Positions 46,878 through 57,809 of a stretch of 62,582 bases of DNA are shown here, in pieces. Position 1 is the stretch's first letter; every line of letters starts with the position of its first letter. The notes below the pieces were generated by a model, which saw only the letters and a program-made list of their open reading frames with translations, had not been told where the DNA came from and did not search any database. A program made the position numbers and the translations under genes. The DNA comes from Flavonifractor sp. An92. GTDB taxonomy: Bacteria; Bacillota; Clostridia; Oscillospirales; Oscillospiraceae. The stretch spans positions 1 through 62,582 of the forward strand of contig NZ_NFGZ01000016.1 of NCBI RefSeq assembly GCF_002159175.1, in the 5' to 3' direction.

Positions 46878-46906
46878 ATTGTATCATACAGTCATGTGAT
46901 TGTCAA
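46878..46906 (-). promoter_or_regulatory. Consensus sigma-A promoter (TTGACA-17-TACAAT) for the DUF1836-nfeD-floT operon
   Basis: Minus strand: TTGACAatcacatgactgtatgaTACAAT, about 30 nt upstream of the start codon. Confidence 0.55.
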
Positions 46907-46924
46907 ACAGAATCGTTAGATTTT

Positions 46925-46967
46925 ATAAAAAAGTAAGAAATCCCCGGTCCCATTTTGGGACCGGGGA
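46925..46967 (-). terminator. Terminator of clpB
   Basis: atccccggtccc-atttt-gggaccggggat followed by a T-run on the minus strand. Confidence 0.6.
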
Positions 46968-46979
46968 TCGTAAAACGGT

Positions 46980-49619
<2,640 letters not shown>

Positions 49620-49639
49620 ATCCTTTCGGAGCGGAAAAA

Positions 49640-49686
49640 TTGAAAAGTCATGAAAAGGAGCCGGCCAGCAAGGACTGACCGGCTCC
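49640..49686 (-). terminator. Terminator of the hsp20 gene
   Basis: ggagccggcc...ccggctcc hairpin followed by a U-rich tract on the minus strand. Confidence 0.5.
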
Positions 49687-49697
49687 CCGTACCTGGT

Positions 49698-50126
49698 TTA
49701 CTCGATGGCGATCTTGCGGGCCTCGGGCACCACGGGGCGGGCCTTGGGCAGGTTCAGCTCCAGGATGCCGTCCTTGTAGGAGGCGGTGATGCCGTTCTCA
49801 TCGATGCCCGTCACATCAAAGCTGCGGGAGAAGCTGCCGTAACGGCGCTCGCGGCGGATGTACTCGCCCTTGCTGTTCTTCTCCTCGTCGCTCTCCTGAT
49901 GCTCGGCGTGGATGGTCAGGATGCCGTCCTTCAGGTCCAGGTGGATGTCCTCCTTCTTGAAGCCGGGCAGCTCGGATTCTAAGACAAAGCGGTCGCCGGC
50001 GTCCCGGATGTCGGTGCGGAAGGCGGGGAGGTTGGCGCCGCTGTCCGAGAAGAACTTGCGCTGGAAGTTATCGAAGGTGTCGAAGAAATTGTCGTTGCGA
50101 TTTTCAAAGGGAAGCATACCAAACAT
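49698..50126 (-). CDS. Hsp20/alpha-crystallin family small heat-shock protein
   Basis: Alpha-crystallin domain (..DIRDAGDRFVLESELPGFKKEDIHLDLKDGILTI..). Confidence 0.9.
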   Translation of the reverse strand: MFGMLPFENRNDNFFDTFDNFQRKFFSDSGANLPAFRTDIRDAGDRFVLESELPGFKKEDIHLDLKDGILTIHAEHQESDEEKNSKGEYIRRERRYGSFSRSFDVTGIDENGITASYKDGILELNLPKARPVVPEARKIAIE

Positions 50127-50318
50127 AAGTCAAAACTCCTTTTTGGCGGTTGAATTTGGGTGAGAACAGTTCTGGCACTCAGCCTTATCGACTGCTGACA
50201 GGTGGCTCAGGCCGGGGTCTCCGGTCGGGGCCTCTGTTTCTCATCCCCCGTTTGTTGCCTTTAGTATAGGGCTCAATTATGAATAAATCATGAACGTAAT
50301 ATGTCTGAATTGTAAATG

Positions 50319-50345
50319 TTAGCACTCTCGATTCAAGAGTGCTAA
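50319..50345. promoter_or_regulatory. CIRCE element (HrcA operator), perfect match: TTAGCACTC-N9-GAGTGCTAA
   Basis: Exact consensus inverted repeat, about 190 nt upstream of the hsp20 start (minus strand) and 10 nt upstream of a TTTACT-17-TATACT promoter facing the MATE gene (plus strand). Confidence 0.8.
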
Positions 50346-50437
50346 TTTCGCAGAGCCGCAAAACTTCCTGTTTACTCCCGGGCGGAAAAGCATTATACTA
50401 CTGGGTGCAATCTTGGGTCTATGTAAGGAGAGAGAGT

Positions 50438-51841
50438 ATGAAACGGACCAATGATCTGGGCCGGGACCCGGTCTTTCCCCTGGTGCTCCGCCTGGCCATC
50501 CCCACCATGCTGGCCCAGCTGGTGAGCGTGCTGTACAGCATCGTGGACCGCATTTACATCGGCAACATCCCGGACATCGGAGGGCTGGCCCTGGCGGGTG
50601 TGGGCGTGTGCGGCCCCATCGTGACGCTGCTGAGCTCCTTCGCCTCCCTGGTGGGACTGGGCGGCAGCCCCATCATGGCCATGCGCATGGGCGAGGGCCG
50701 GATGGCCAAGGCCAAGCAGATTCTGAATAACTGCTTTGCCATGCTGCTGGTGCTGTCCCTGGTGCTGACGGTCAGCTTCCTGCTGGCCAAGGACCACCTG
50801 CTCATGTGGTTCGGCGCCAGCCCGGCCACCTTCCCCTACGCCAACACCTATATGACCATCTACACCGCGGGCACCTTCTTCGCCCTCATGGCCACCGGCA
50901 TGAACAACTTCCTCATCTGCCAGGGCTTCTCCGGGCTGGGTATGGCCACGGTGATGCTGGGCGCGGTGCTGAACATCGTGCTGGACCCGGTGTTCATCTT
51001 CCTGCTGGACATGGGCGTGGCCGGCGCGGCGGTGGCCACGGTGCTGAGCCAGATGGCATCCTGTGTGTTCGTGCTGACCATGCTCCTCAGCCGCCGGGTG
51101 CCGGTGCGCCTGGGCTGGGGGTTCTTCTCCTGGCCGGTGATGCGCCGGGTGCTGGCCTTCGGCCTGTCCCCCTTCCTCATCATCGCCACCGACAGCGTGC
51201 TGCTCATCGTCCTCAACACTGTGCTCCAGCGCTACGGCGGGGCCGAGCTGGGCGACACCCTGGTGACCTGCGCCACCATCGTGCAGAGCTATCTGCTCCT
51301 CATCACCATGCCCATGGGCGGCATGACCCTGGGCACCCAGCCGGTCATCAGCTTCAACTTCGGCGCGGGCCAGCCGGAGCGCATCAAAGTGGCCCTCAAA
51401 TCCATCGTGGGGCTGTGCCTCGCCTTCTGCGCGCTGATGATGGTGGTGACCTACACCATCTCCCCGCTGTTCGTGCGCCTGTTCAGCAGTGACGCCGAGA
51501 TCATGGCCCGCTCGGTGAAGTACATCAAAATGTTCACCTGCATGATCATCCCACTGGCCATCCAGTACCCCCTGGTGGATGAGACCACCGCCCTGGGCCA
51601 CGTGCGGCAGGCGCTGTTCTGCTCCCTGTTCCGCAAGACGGTGTTCCTGGCCGCCCTGCTGCTCCTCCCCTACTTCTTCGGGGCGGAGGCCACCTTCTAC
51701 TCCGAGCCCATCGCCGACCTGGTGGCCGCCACCATGACCACTATCCTCTTCCTGCGGGCCCTCCCCCGCATCCTGGCCCAGTGTACCCACGGCGCCCGGC
51801 ACCGCCGCAACCTGACCCAGACCGTGGAGAACAGCCAATAA
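50438..51841 (+). CDS. MATE-family efflux transporter
   Basis: MATE signature (..LAIPTMLAQLVSVLYSIVDRIYIG..); AAGGAGAG RBS; paralogous to 41554-42909. Confidence 0.85.
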   Translation: MKRTNDLGRDPVFPLVLRLAIPTMLAQLVSVLYSIVDRIYIGNIPDIGGLALAGVGVCGPIVTLLSSFASLVGLGGSPIMAMRMGEGRMAKAKQILNNCFAMLLVLSLVLTVSFLLAKDHLLMWFGASPATFPYANTYMTIYTAGTFFALMATGMNNFLICQGFSGLGMATVMLGAVLNIVLDPVFIFLLDMGVAGAAVATVLSQMASCVFVLTMLLSRRVPVRLGWGFFSWPVMRRVLAFGLSPFLIIATDSVLLIVLNTVLQRYGGAELGDTLVTCATIVQSYLLLITMPMGGMTLGTQPVISFNFGAGQPERIKVALKSIVGLCLAFCALMMVVTYTISPLFVRLFSSDAEIMARSVKYIKMFTCMIIPLAIQYPLVDETTALGHVRQALFCSLFRKTVFLAALLLLPYFFGAEATFYSEPIADLVAATMTTILFLRALPRILAQCTHGARHRRNLTQTVENSQ

Positions 51842-51844
51842 GCA

Positions 51845-51885
51845 AAAGGCCCGGCGTACCGCAAGCGGTACGCCGGGCCTTTTTT
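51845..51885. terminator. Bidirectional terminator between convergent genes
   Basis: aaaaggcccggcgtaccgc-aa-gcggtacgccgggcctttttt. Confidence 0.6.
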
Positions 51886-51889
51886 GTGT

Positions 51890-53146
51890 TTACCACACCA
51901 CGGTGGCGAAATAATCGTCGGGGGTCTCGGCCCGGCGGATGAGCTCCACGGAGCCGTCCTCCTTCAGCAGCAGCTCCGCCGAACGCAGGCGGCCGTTGTA
52001 CTGATAGCCCATGGCGTGGCCGTGGGCGCCGGTGTCGTGGATGACCAGCAGGTCTCCGATATCGATCTTGGGAAGCATGCGGTCGATGGCGAACTTGTCG
52101 CTGTTCTCGCACAGGGCGCCCACCACGTCGTACTTGTGGTCGCAGGGGGCGTTCTCCTTGCCCAGGACGGTGATGTGGTGGTAGGCCCCATAAATGGCCG
52201 GGCGCATCAGGTTGGAGGCGCAGGCGTCCACGCCGATATACTCCTTATAGGTGTGCTTCTCGTGGACGGCCCGGGTGACCAAGTGTCCGTAGGGGGCCAG
52301 CATGAAGCGGCCCAGCTCGGTGCAGAGGGACACATCCCCCATGCCCGCGGGCACCAGGATCTCCTCATAAGCCTTGCGCACTCCCTCGCCGATGACGGCG
52401 ATGTCGTTTTCCGGCTGCTCGGGGCGGTAGGGCACGCCCACGCCGCCGGAGAGGTTGATGAAGGTGATGTGGCAGCCAGTCTCCTGCTGGAGCTCCACGG
52501 CGGTCTGGAAGAGGATGCGGGCCAGGGCGGGGTAGTAGTCGTTGGAGATGGTGTTGGAGGCCAGGAAGGCGTGGATGCCGAACTCCTCCGCCCCCAGCTC
52601 CTTCAGGCGGCGGAAGGCCTCGGTCATCTGGGGCCGGGTGAGGCCGTACTTGGCCTCGCCAGGGTTGTCCATGACCTGGAAGCCCTCTTTGCTCTCGCCC
52701 AGGGTAAAGGTGCCGCCCGGATTATACCGGCAGGAGATTTTTTTCGGAATATAACCCAGTGTATCCTTCAAAAAGTTCACATGGGTGAGGTCGTCCAGGT
52801 TGATGGTGGCCCCCAGCTTGGCGGCCAGCTCAAACTCCTCCGCCGGGGTCTCGTTAGAGGAGAACATGATCTCCCCTCCTGAGAAGCCGCAGCGGTCGGA
52901 CATCATCAGCTCCACCAGGGAGGAGCAGTCCACACCGCAGCCCTCCTCCTTCAGCAGCTTCAGGATAGCAGGCGTGGGAGTGGCCTTCACGGCAAAGTAT
53001 TCCTTGAAACCGGGGTTCCAGGCAAAGGCGGCCTTCAGCCGCCGGGCGTTGGCCCGGATGCCCGCCTCGTCGTAGATGTAGAAGGGCGTGGGGTAGCGCC
53101 GGGCGATGTCCTCGGCCTGCTCCCGGGTGAGGAAGGGAGTTTTCAT
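51890..53146 (-). CDS. lysA: Fold-III PLP-dependent decarboxylase, diaminopimelate decarboxylase-like
   Basis: Orn/DAP/Arg decarboxylase family pattern (..YFAVKA..; ..LSGGVGVPY..; C-terminal ..GAHGHAMGYQYNGR..). Substrate assignment is by family resemblance only. Confidence 0.75.
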   Translation of the reverse strand: MKTPFLTREQAEDIARRYPTPFYIYDEAGIRANARRLKAAFAWNPGFKEYFAVKATPTPAILKLLKEEGCGVDCSSLVELMMSDRCGFSGGEIMFSSNETPAEEFELAAKLGATINLDDLTHVNFLKDTLGYIPKKISCRYNPGGTFTLGESKEGFQVMDNPGEAKYGLTRPQMTEAFRRLKELGAEEFGIHAFLASNTISNDYYPALARILFQTAVELQQETGCHITFINLSGGVGVPYRPEQPENDIAVIGEGVRKAYEEILVPAGMGDVSLCTELGRFMLAPYGHLVTRAVHEKHTYKEYIGVDACASNLMRPAIYGAYHHITVLGKENAPCDHKYDVVGALCENSDKFAIDRMLPKIDIGDLLVIHDTGAHGHAMGYQYNGRLRSAELLLKEDGSVELIRRAETPDDYFATVVW

Positions 53147-53305
53147 TCGGTTCACCTGACTTTTCTCAATGTAGTGCGGCAAAGAATCCATTCTTTACTA
53201 TAAAGAATTCCGGGGGAATTTGTCAAGTGCCCGCCCGGAACTCTTGACAAAGAAAAAAAAGTGCGGTACCATACTGTTCGCTTCCTAACAATAAAAAAGA
53301 GAGAG

Positions 53306-53746
53306 GTGGTCAACATCCAGCTGCAAAACGACTGCGGCGCATGGATCAACCGGCTGTCCCACAAGGTAAAGAAGCGGCTCAACGCCACTCTGGCGGATCT
53401 GGGCATCACCGGCGTACAGAGCCGGGTGCTCCACTACATCCTGATCCACGCCCAGGAGGGCCCGGTCTATCAGCGGGATGTGGAGAGCGCCTTTGAGCTC
53501 AGCCGTTCCACCACCACCGGCATCCTGCAGCTGCTGGAGCGGGACGGGCTGCTCACCCGGGAGAGCGTGGAGTGCGACGCCCGGCTCAAAAGCCTCATCC
53601 CCACCCCCCGGGCCGCCGAGATCGACGCCCAGGTGCGGGACTGCATCCGGGAGATCGAGGGCCAGCTTCTGCGGGACATCCCGCCGGAGGACATCCAACG
53701 CTTTTTGAAGATCGCCGCAAAAATGTCGGAAAATCTGGACCATTGA
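53306..53746 (+). CDS. MarR-family transcriptional regulator
   Basis: Winged-helix MarR pattern (..GITGVQSRVLHYIL..GPVYQRDVESAFELSRSTTTGILQLLERDGLLTR..). Start uncertain: GTG at 53306 chosen because a TTGACA-17-TACCAT promoter at about 53244-53272 sits inside the longer ORF-track reading frame. Confidence 0.75.
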   Translation: MVNIQLQNDCGAWINRLSHKVKKRLNATLADLGITGVQSRVLHYILIHAQEGPVYQRDVESAFELSRSTTTGILQLLERDGLLTRESVECDARLKSLIPTPRAAEIDAQVRDCIREIEGQLLRDIPPEDIQRFLKIAAKMSENLDH

Positions 53747-53866
53747 CGGTCCGCAATGTCCCCTATTCCCGTCCGCGCCGCCTGCGCGGACATGGCACAT
53801 CGGCCGCCGCGCGCCGTCAAGCGCGGCACCCGGGCGGAAAACGCCCGGTCCAGCAAGGGAGGTATT

Positions 53867-55615
53867 ATGTTAAAAGTACTGGCCAAAAGCATCCGCGAGT
53901 ATAAAAAACCTTCGCTGCTCGCGCCTGTGCTGGTCTCCGGTGAGGTGGTGATGGAGTGTATCATCCCCTTCCTGATCGCCAATCTGGTCAATCAGATCAA
54001 GGCCGGCTGCTCCATGGACGTCATCCTGAAGTATGGACTGATCCTGGTGGTGATGGCCGCCCTGTCGCTGACCTTCGGCGCTCTGGCGGGCTCCGCCTGC
54101 GCCACCGCCAGCTGCGGCTTTGCCCGCAATCTGCGCAAGGATATGTTCTACAAGATCCAGGACTACTCCTTCGAAAACATCGACAAATTCTCGGTCTCCA
54201 GTCTGGTCACCCGTCTGACCACCGACGTGACCAACGTGCAGAACGCCTACATGATGCTGGTGCGCACCGCCATCCGCTGCCCCCTCATGCTCATTTTTGC
54301 CTTCTGCATGGCCTTCTATATGGGCGGCCGGCTGGCCTTTATTTTCCTGCTGGTCATCCCCATCCTGGTCTTTGGCCTGGTCATGGTCATCAGCCGGGCC
54401 ATGCCCCTGTTCCGCAAGGTCTTTAAGAAGTACGACGCCCTCAACAACTCCGTCCAGGAGAACATCAAGGGCATGCGGGTGGTGAAGTCCTACGTCCGGG
54501 AGGACTATGAGAAGAAGAAGTTCAGCGTGGCCGCCGAGGACGTGCAGGCCGACTTCACCAAGGCCGAGCGCATCCTGGCCTTCAACGCCCCGCTGATGCT
54601 GTTCTGCATCTACACCGTCATGGTGTTCGTCATGTCCTACGGCTCCTATACGGTCATCACCTCCCGGGGCCTGGATCTGGACGTGGGCCAGATGTCCGCG
54701 ATGATCACCTACAGCTTCCAGATCCTCATGAGCCTGATGATGCTCTCCATGGTGTTCGTCATGATCACCATGGCCACCGAGTCGGCTCAGCGTATCGTGG
54801 AGGTCCTCAGCGAGGAGAGCTCCCTCCACAACCCCGAGCACCCCATTATGGAGGTCCGCGACGGCTCCATCGACTTTGACAACGTGAGCTTCAAGTACTC
54901 CAAGACCGCCAGCCGGATGTCCCTCTCCAACGTGAACCTGCACATCCGCTCGGGCGAGGTCATCGGCGTCATCGGCGGCACCGGCTCCTCCAAGTCCACC
55001 CTTATCCAGCTCATCTCCCGCCTGTACGACGCCACCGAGGGCACCGTGAAGGTGGGCGGTGTGGACGTGCGGGCCTACGACCTGGAGGTGCTGCGCAACC
55101 AGGTGGCCGTGGTCCTCCAGAAAAACGTCCTCTTCTCCGGCACCATCAAGGAGAACCTGCGCTGGGGCAACCCCGACGCCACCGACGCGGAGATGGAGGA
55201 GGCCTGCCGTCTGGCTCAGGCCGACGAGTTCATCCGCCAGTTCCCCGCCGGGTATGACACCTACATCGAGCAGGGCGGCTCCAACGTCTCCGGCGGCCAG
55301 AAGCAGCGCCTGTGTATCGCCCGGGCCCTGCTGAAAAAGCCCAAGATCCTCATTCTGGACGACTCCACCTCCGCCGTGGATACCCGCACCGACGCCCTCA
55401 TCCGGCAGGCCTTCCGGCAGTTCATTCCGGAGACCACCAAGCTCATCATCGCCCAGCGCATCGCCTCGGTGCAGGACGCCGACCGGATCATCGTCATGGA
55501 CGGCGGCGCGGTGAGCGCCATTGGCACCCACGAGGAGCTCCTGCACAGCAGCGAGATCTACCGCGAGGTCTATACTTCTCAGAACAAGGCAGGTGACGAC
55601 GATGTCCAGGAATAA
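53867..55615 (+). CDS. ABC transporter permease/ATP-binding protein (exporter half-transporter 1 of a heterodimer)
   Basis: Six-TM domain plus NBD with Walker A GGTGSSKST, signature SGGQKQR and Walker B ILILDD. AAGGGAGG RBS. Confidence 0.9.
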   Translation: MLKVLAKSIREYKKPSLLAPVLVSGEVVMECIIPFLIANLVNQIKAGCSMDVILKYGLILVVMAALSLTFGALAGSACATASCGFARNLRKDMFYKIQDYSFENIDKFSVSSLVTRLTTDVTNVQNAYMMLVRTAIRCPLMLIFAFCMAFYMGGRLAFIFLLVIPILVFGLVMVISRAMPLFRKVFKKYDALNNSVQENIKGMRVVKSYVREDYEKKKFSVAAEDVQADFTKAERILAFNAPLMLFCIYTVMVFVMSYGSYTVITSRGLDLDVGQMSAMITYSFQILMSLMMLSMVFVMITMATESAQRIVEVLSEESSLHNPEHPIMEVRDGSIDFDNVSFKYSKTASRMSLSNVNLHIRSGEVIGVIGGTGSSKSTLIQLISRLYDATEGTVKVGGVDVRAYDLEVLRNQVAVVLQKNVLFSGTIKENLRWGNPDATDAEMEEACRLAQADEFIRQFPAGYDTYIEQGGSNVSGGQKQRLCIARALLKKPKILILDDSTSAVDTRTDALIRQAFRQFIPETTKLIIAQRIASVQDADRIIVMDGGAVSAIGTHEELLHSSEIYREVYTSQNKAGDDDVQE

Positions 55616-57509
55616 GAAACCCAACCAGCCTGGCACCGCCGGCGTGCTGGGCCGCCTGATCCGGATGCTCTTCCAGTTCTATCCCGTGATGATGCCGGTA
55701 GTTGTGGTGTGCATCATCTTCAATGCCGTGGTCAGCTCCCTCCCCTCCATCTTTATGCAGAACGTCATCGCCGCCGTGGAAGTGAGCTGGCAGAGCGGCG
55801 ACTGGGCCGCGGTGTCCGGTCAGATCACCGAGCTGGTGCTGCTGCTGGCCGTCTTTTACATCCTGAGCCTCATCGCCTGCTTCACCTTCAACCAGATGAT
55901 GGCCATCATCACCCAGGGCTCCCTGGCCAAGCTCCGTGAAAAGATGTTCAACGGCATGCAGGACCTGCCCATCCGCTACTTTGACACCCACAATCACGGC
56001 GACGTGATGAGCTACTACACCAACGACATCGACACCCTCCGCCAGATGGTGTCCCAGAGCTTTCCCCAGCTGCTCCTGTCCACTGTGATGGTGCTGACCG
56101 TGTTCGGCATCATGGTCTATTACAGCCTCTGGCTCACCCTGGTGGTGATGCTGGGCGTGGTGCTCATGACCCTGGTGGTGCGCAAGGTGGGCGGCGGCTC
56201 CGCCAAGTACTTCATCCGCCAGCAGCAGGCCCTGGCCCGCACCGAGGGCTACATCGAAGAGATGATGAACGGCCAGAAGGTCATCAAGGTCTTCTGCCAC
56301 GAGGAGGCCTCCAAGGAGGGCTTTGACGCCATCAATGACGCCCTCTTCTCCGACGCTGAGAAGGCCAACCGCTACGCCAACATGCTCATGCCCATCCTCA
56401 TGAACATCGGCAACGTCCTCTATGTAGTGGTGGCCCTGGTGAGCGGCGTGCTCCTCATCAGCGGCGCCCCCAATGTCAGCATCTCCGGCATGGCCTTCAG
56501 CATCAGCATCGCCGTGCCCTTCCTCAACATGACCAAGCAGTTCGCCAGCAACATCGGCCAGGTGTCCAACCAGCTCAACGCGGTCATCATGGGTCTGGCC
56601 GGTACCCGGCGCATCTTCGCCCTCATCGACGAGCAGGCCGAGGAGGACGAGGGCTATGTCACTCTGGTCAACGTGAAGGAGACGGCCGACGGCTCCCTGG
56701 AGGAGTGCGAGCAGGTCACCAACATGTGGGCCTGGAAGCAGCCCGGTGAAAACGGCGGCTTCACCTACACCCGCCTCACCGGCGATGTGCGGCTGAAGGA
56801 CGTGGACTTCGGCTATGTGCCCGAAAAGACCGTCCTCCACGACGTGTCCCTCTACGCCAAGCCCGGCCAGAAGGTGGCCTTCGTGGGCTCCACCGGCGCG
56901 GGCAAGACCACCATCACCAACCTCATCAACCGCTTCTATGACATCCAGAGCGGCACCATCCTCTACGACGGCATCGACATCCGCAACATCCGCAAGGCCG
57001 ACCTCCGCCGCAGTCTGGGCGTGGTGCTCCAGGACACCAACCTCTTCACCGGCACCGTCATGGACAACATCCGCTACGGCCGTCTGGACGCCTGCGATGA
57101 GGAGTGCATCGCCGCAGCCCAGTTGGCCGGCGCCCACGACTTCATCACCCGCCTGCCCCAGGGCTATGACACCCCCCTCTCGGGCAACGGCGCCAGCCTC
57201 TCCCAGGGCCAGCGGCAGCTGCTGGCCATTGCCCGTGCGGCGGTGGCCGATCCCCCGGTGATGATCCTGGACGAGGCCACCTCCTCCATCGACACCCGCA
57301 CCGAGGCCATCGTGCAGCGGGGCATGGACGCGCTGATGACCGGACGCACCGTGTTCGTCATCGCCCACCGCCTCTCCACGGTCAAGAACTCCGACGCCAT
57401 CATGGTGCTGGACCACGGCCGCATCATCGAGCGGGGCAGCCACGACGAGCTGCTGGCCCTCAAGGGCACCTACTACCAGCTCTACACCGGCGCTCTGGAA
57501 CTGGACTAA
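55602..57509 (+). CDS. ABC transporter permease/ATP-binding protein (exporter half-transporter 2)
   Basis: TM domain plus NBD with Walker A GSTGAGKTT, signature LSQGQRQL and Walker B MILDEATS. Overlaps the upstream partner by 14 nt. Confidence 0.9.
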   Translation: MSRNKKPNQPGTAGVLGRLIRMLFQFYPVMMPVVVVCIIFNAVVSSLPSIFMQNVIAAVEVSWQSGDWAAVSGQITELVLLLAVFYILSLIACFTFNQMMAIITQGSLAKLREKMFNGMQDLPIRYFDTHNHGDVMSYYTNDIDTLRQMVSQSFPQLLLSTVMVLTVFGIMVYYSLWLTLVVMLGVVLMTLVVRKVGGGSAKYFIRQQQALARTEGYIEEMMNGQKVIKVFCHEEASKEGFDAINDALFSDAEKANRYANMLMPILMNIGNVLYVVVALVSGVLLISGAPNVSISGMAFSISIAVPFLNMTKQFASNIGQVSNQLNAVIMGLAGTRRIFALIDEQAEEDEGYVTLVNVKETADGSLEECEQVTNMWAWKQPGENGGFTYTRLTGDVRLKDVDFGYVPEKTVLHDVSLYAKPGQKVAFVGSTGAGKTTITNLINRFYDIQSGTILYDGIDIRNIRKADLRRSLGVVLQDTNLFTGTVMDNIRYGRLDACDEECIAAAQLAGAHDFITRLPQGYDTPLSGNGASLSQGQRQLLAIARAAVADPPVMILDEATSSIDTRTEAIVQRGMDALMTGRTVFVIAHRLSTVKNSDAIMVLDHGRIIERGSHDELLALKGTYYQLYTGALELD

Positions 57510-57517
57510 GTTCCTCC

Positions 57518-57551
57518 TCCCTCCGGCCTTCGGGCCGGGGGGAGATTTTTT
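57518..57551 (+). terminator. Terminator of the ABC-exporter operon
   Basis: ccctccggcc-ttcg-ggccgggggg followed by agattttttt. Confidence 0.6.
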
Positions 57552-57562
57552 TGCCCAGGCTC

Positions 57563-57591
57563 TTGACTTTATCAGCAAAAAGTGCTAAAGT
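57563..57591 (+). promoter_or_regulatory. Sigma-A promoter (TTGACT-17-TAAAGT) of the tyrosine-biosynthesis operon leader
   Basis: TTGACTttatcagcaaaaagtgcTAAAGT, 32 nt upstream of the leader-peptide RBS. Confidence 0.5.
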
Positions 57592-57622
57592 GCAGATAAC
57601 GATTTCCCCAGGAGGTACGGCT

Positions 57623-57697
57623 ATGATCCGTCGGTTCGGCTATGCGTATGAGAGCTACCGCTACTATTATGGCAGCGGTCTGTTTTCATGCCCATAA
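57623..57697 (+). CDS. Tyr-rich leader peptide (24 aa: MIRRFGYAYESYRYYYGSGLFSCP) of a probable transcription attenuator
   Basis: AGGAGG RBS 7 nt upstream; 6 Tyr (including YYY) and 2 Phe in 24 codons; followed 50 nt later by a strong intrinsic terminator, immediately upstream of the DAHP synthase. Confidence 0.5.
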   Translation: MIRRFGYAYESYRYYYGSGLFSCP

Positions 57698-57747
57698 CCG
57701 GCCTGTCACATCGGACGGAGCACACCTTCCAAGGGTGGAAGCACACC

Positions 57748-57790
57748 GCCGCGGCAGCCCAGATGGGCCGCCGCGGCTTTTGTTTTTCTT
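57748..57790 (+). terminator. Attenuator terminator (13-bp GC stem plus UUUUGUUUUUCUU) between leader peptide and DAHP synthase
   Basis: gccgcggcagccc-agat-gggccgccgcggc, then ttttgtttttctt. An alternative upstream hairpin, cttcca-aggg-tggaag (57727-57742), is available for competing folding. Confidence 0.55.
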
Positions 57791-57809
57791 GAGAAAGGAT
57801 GAGAACGCT

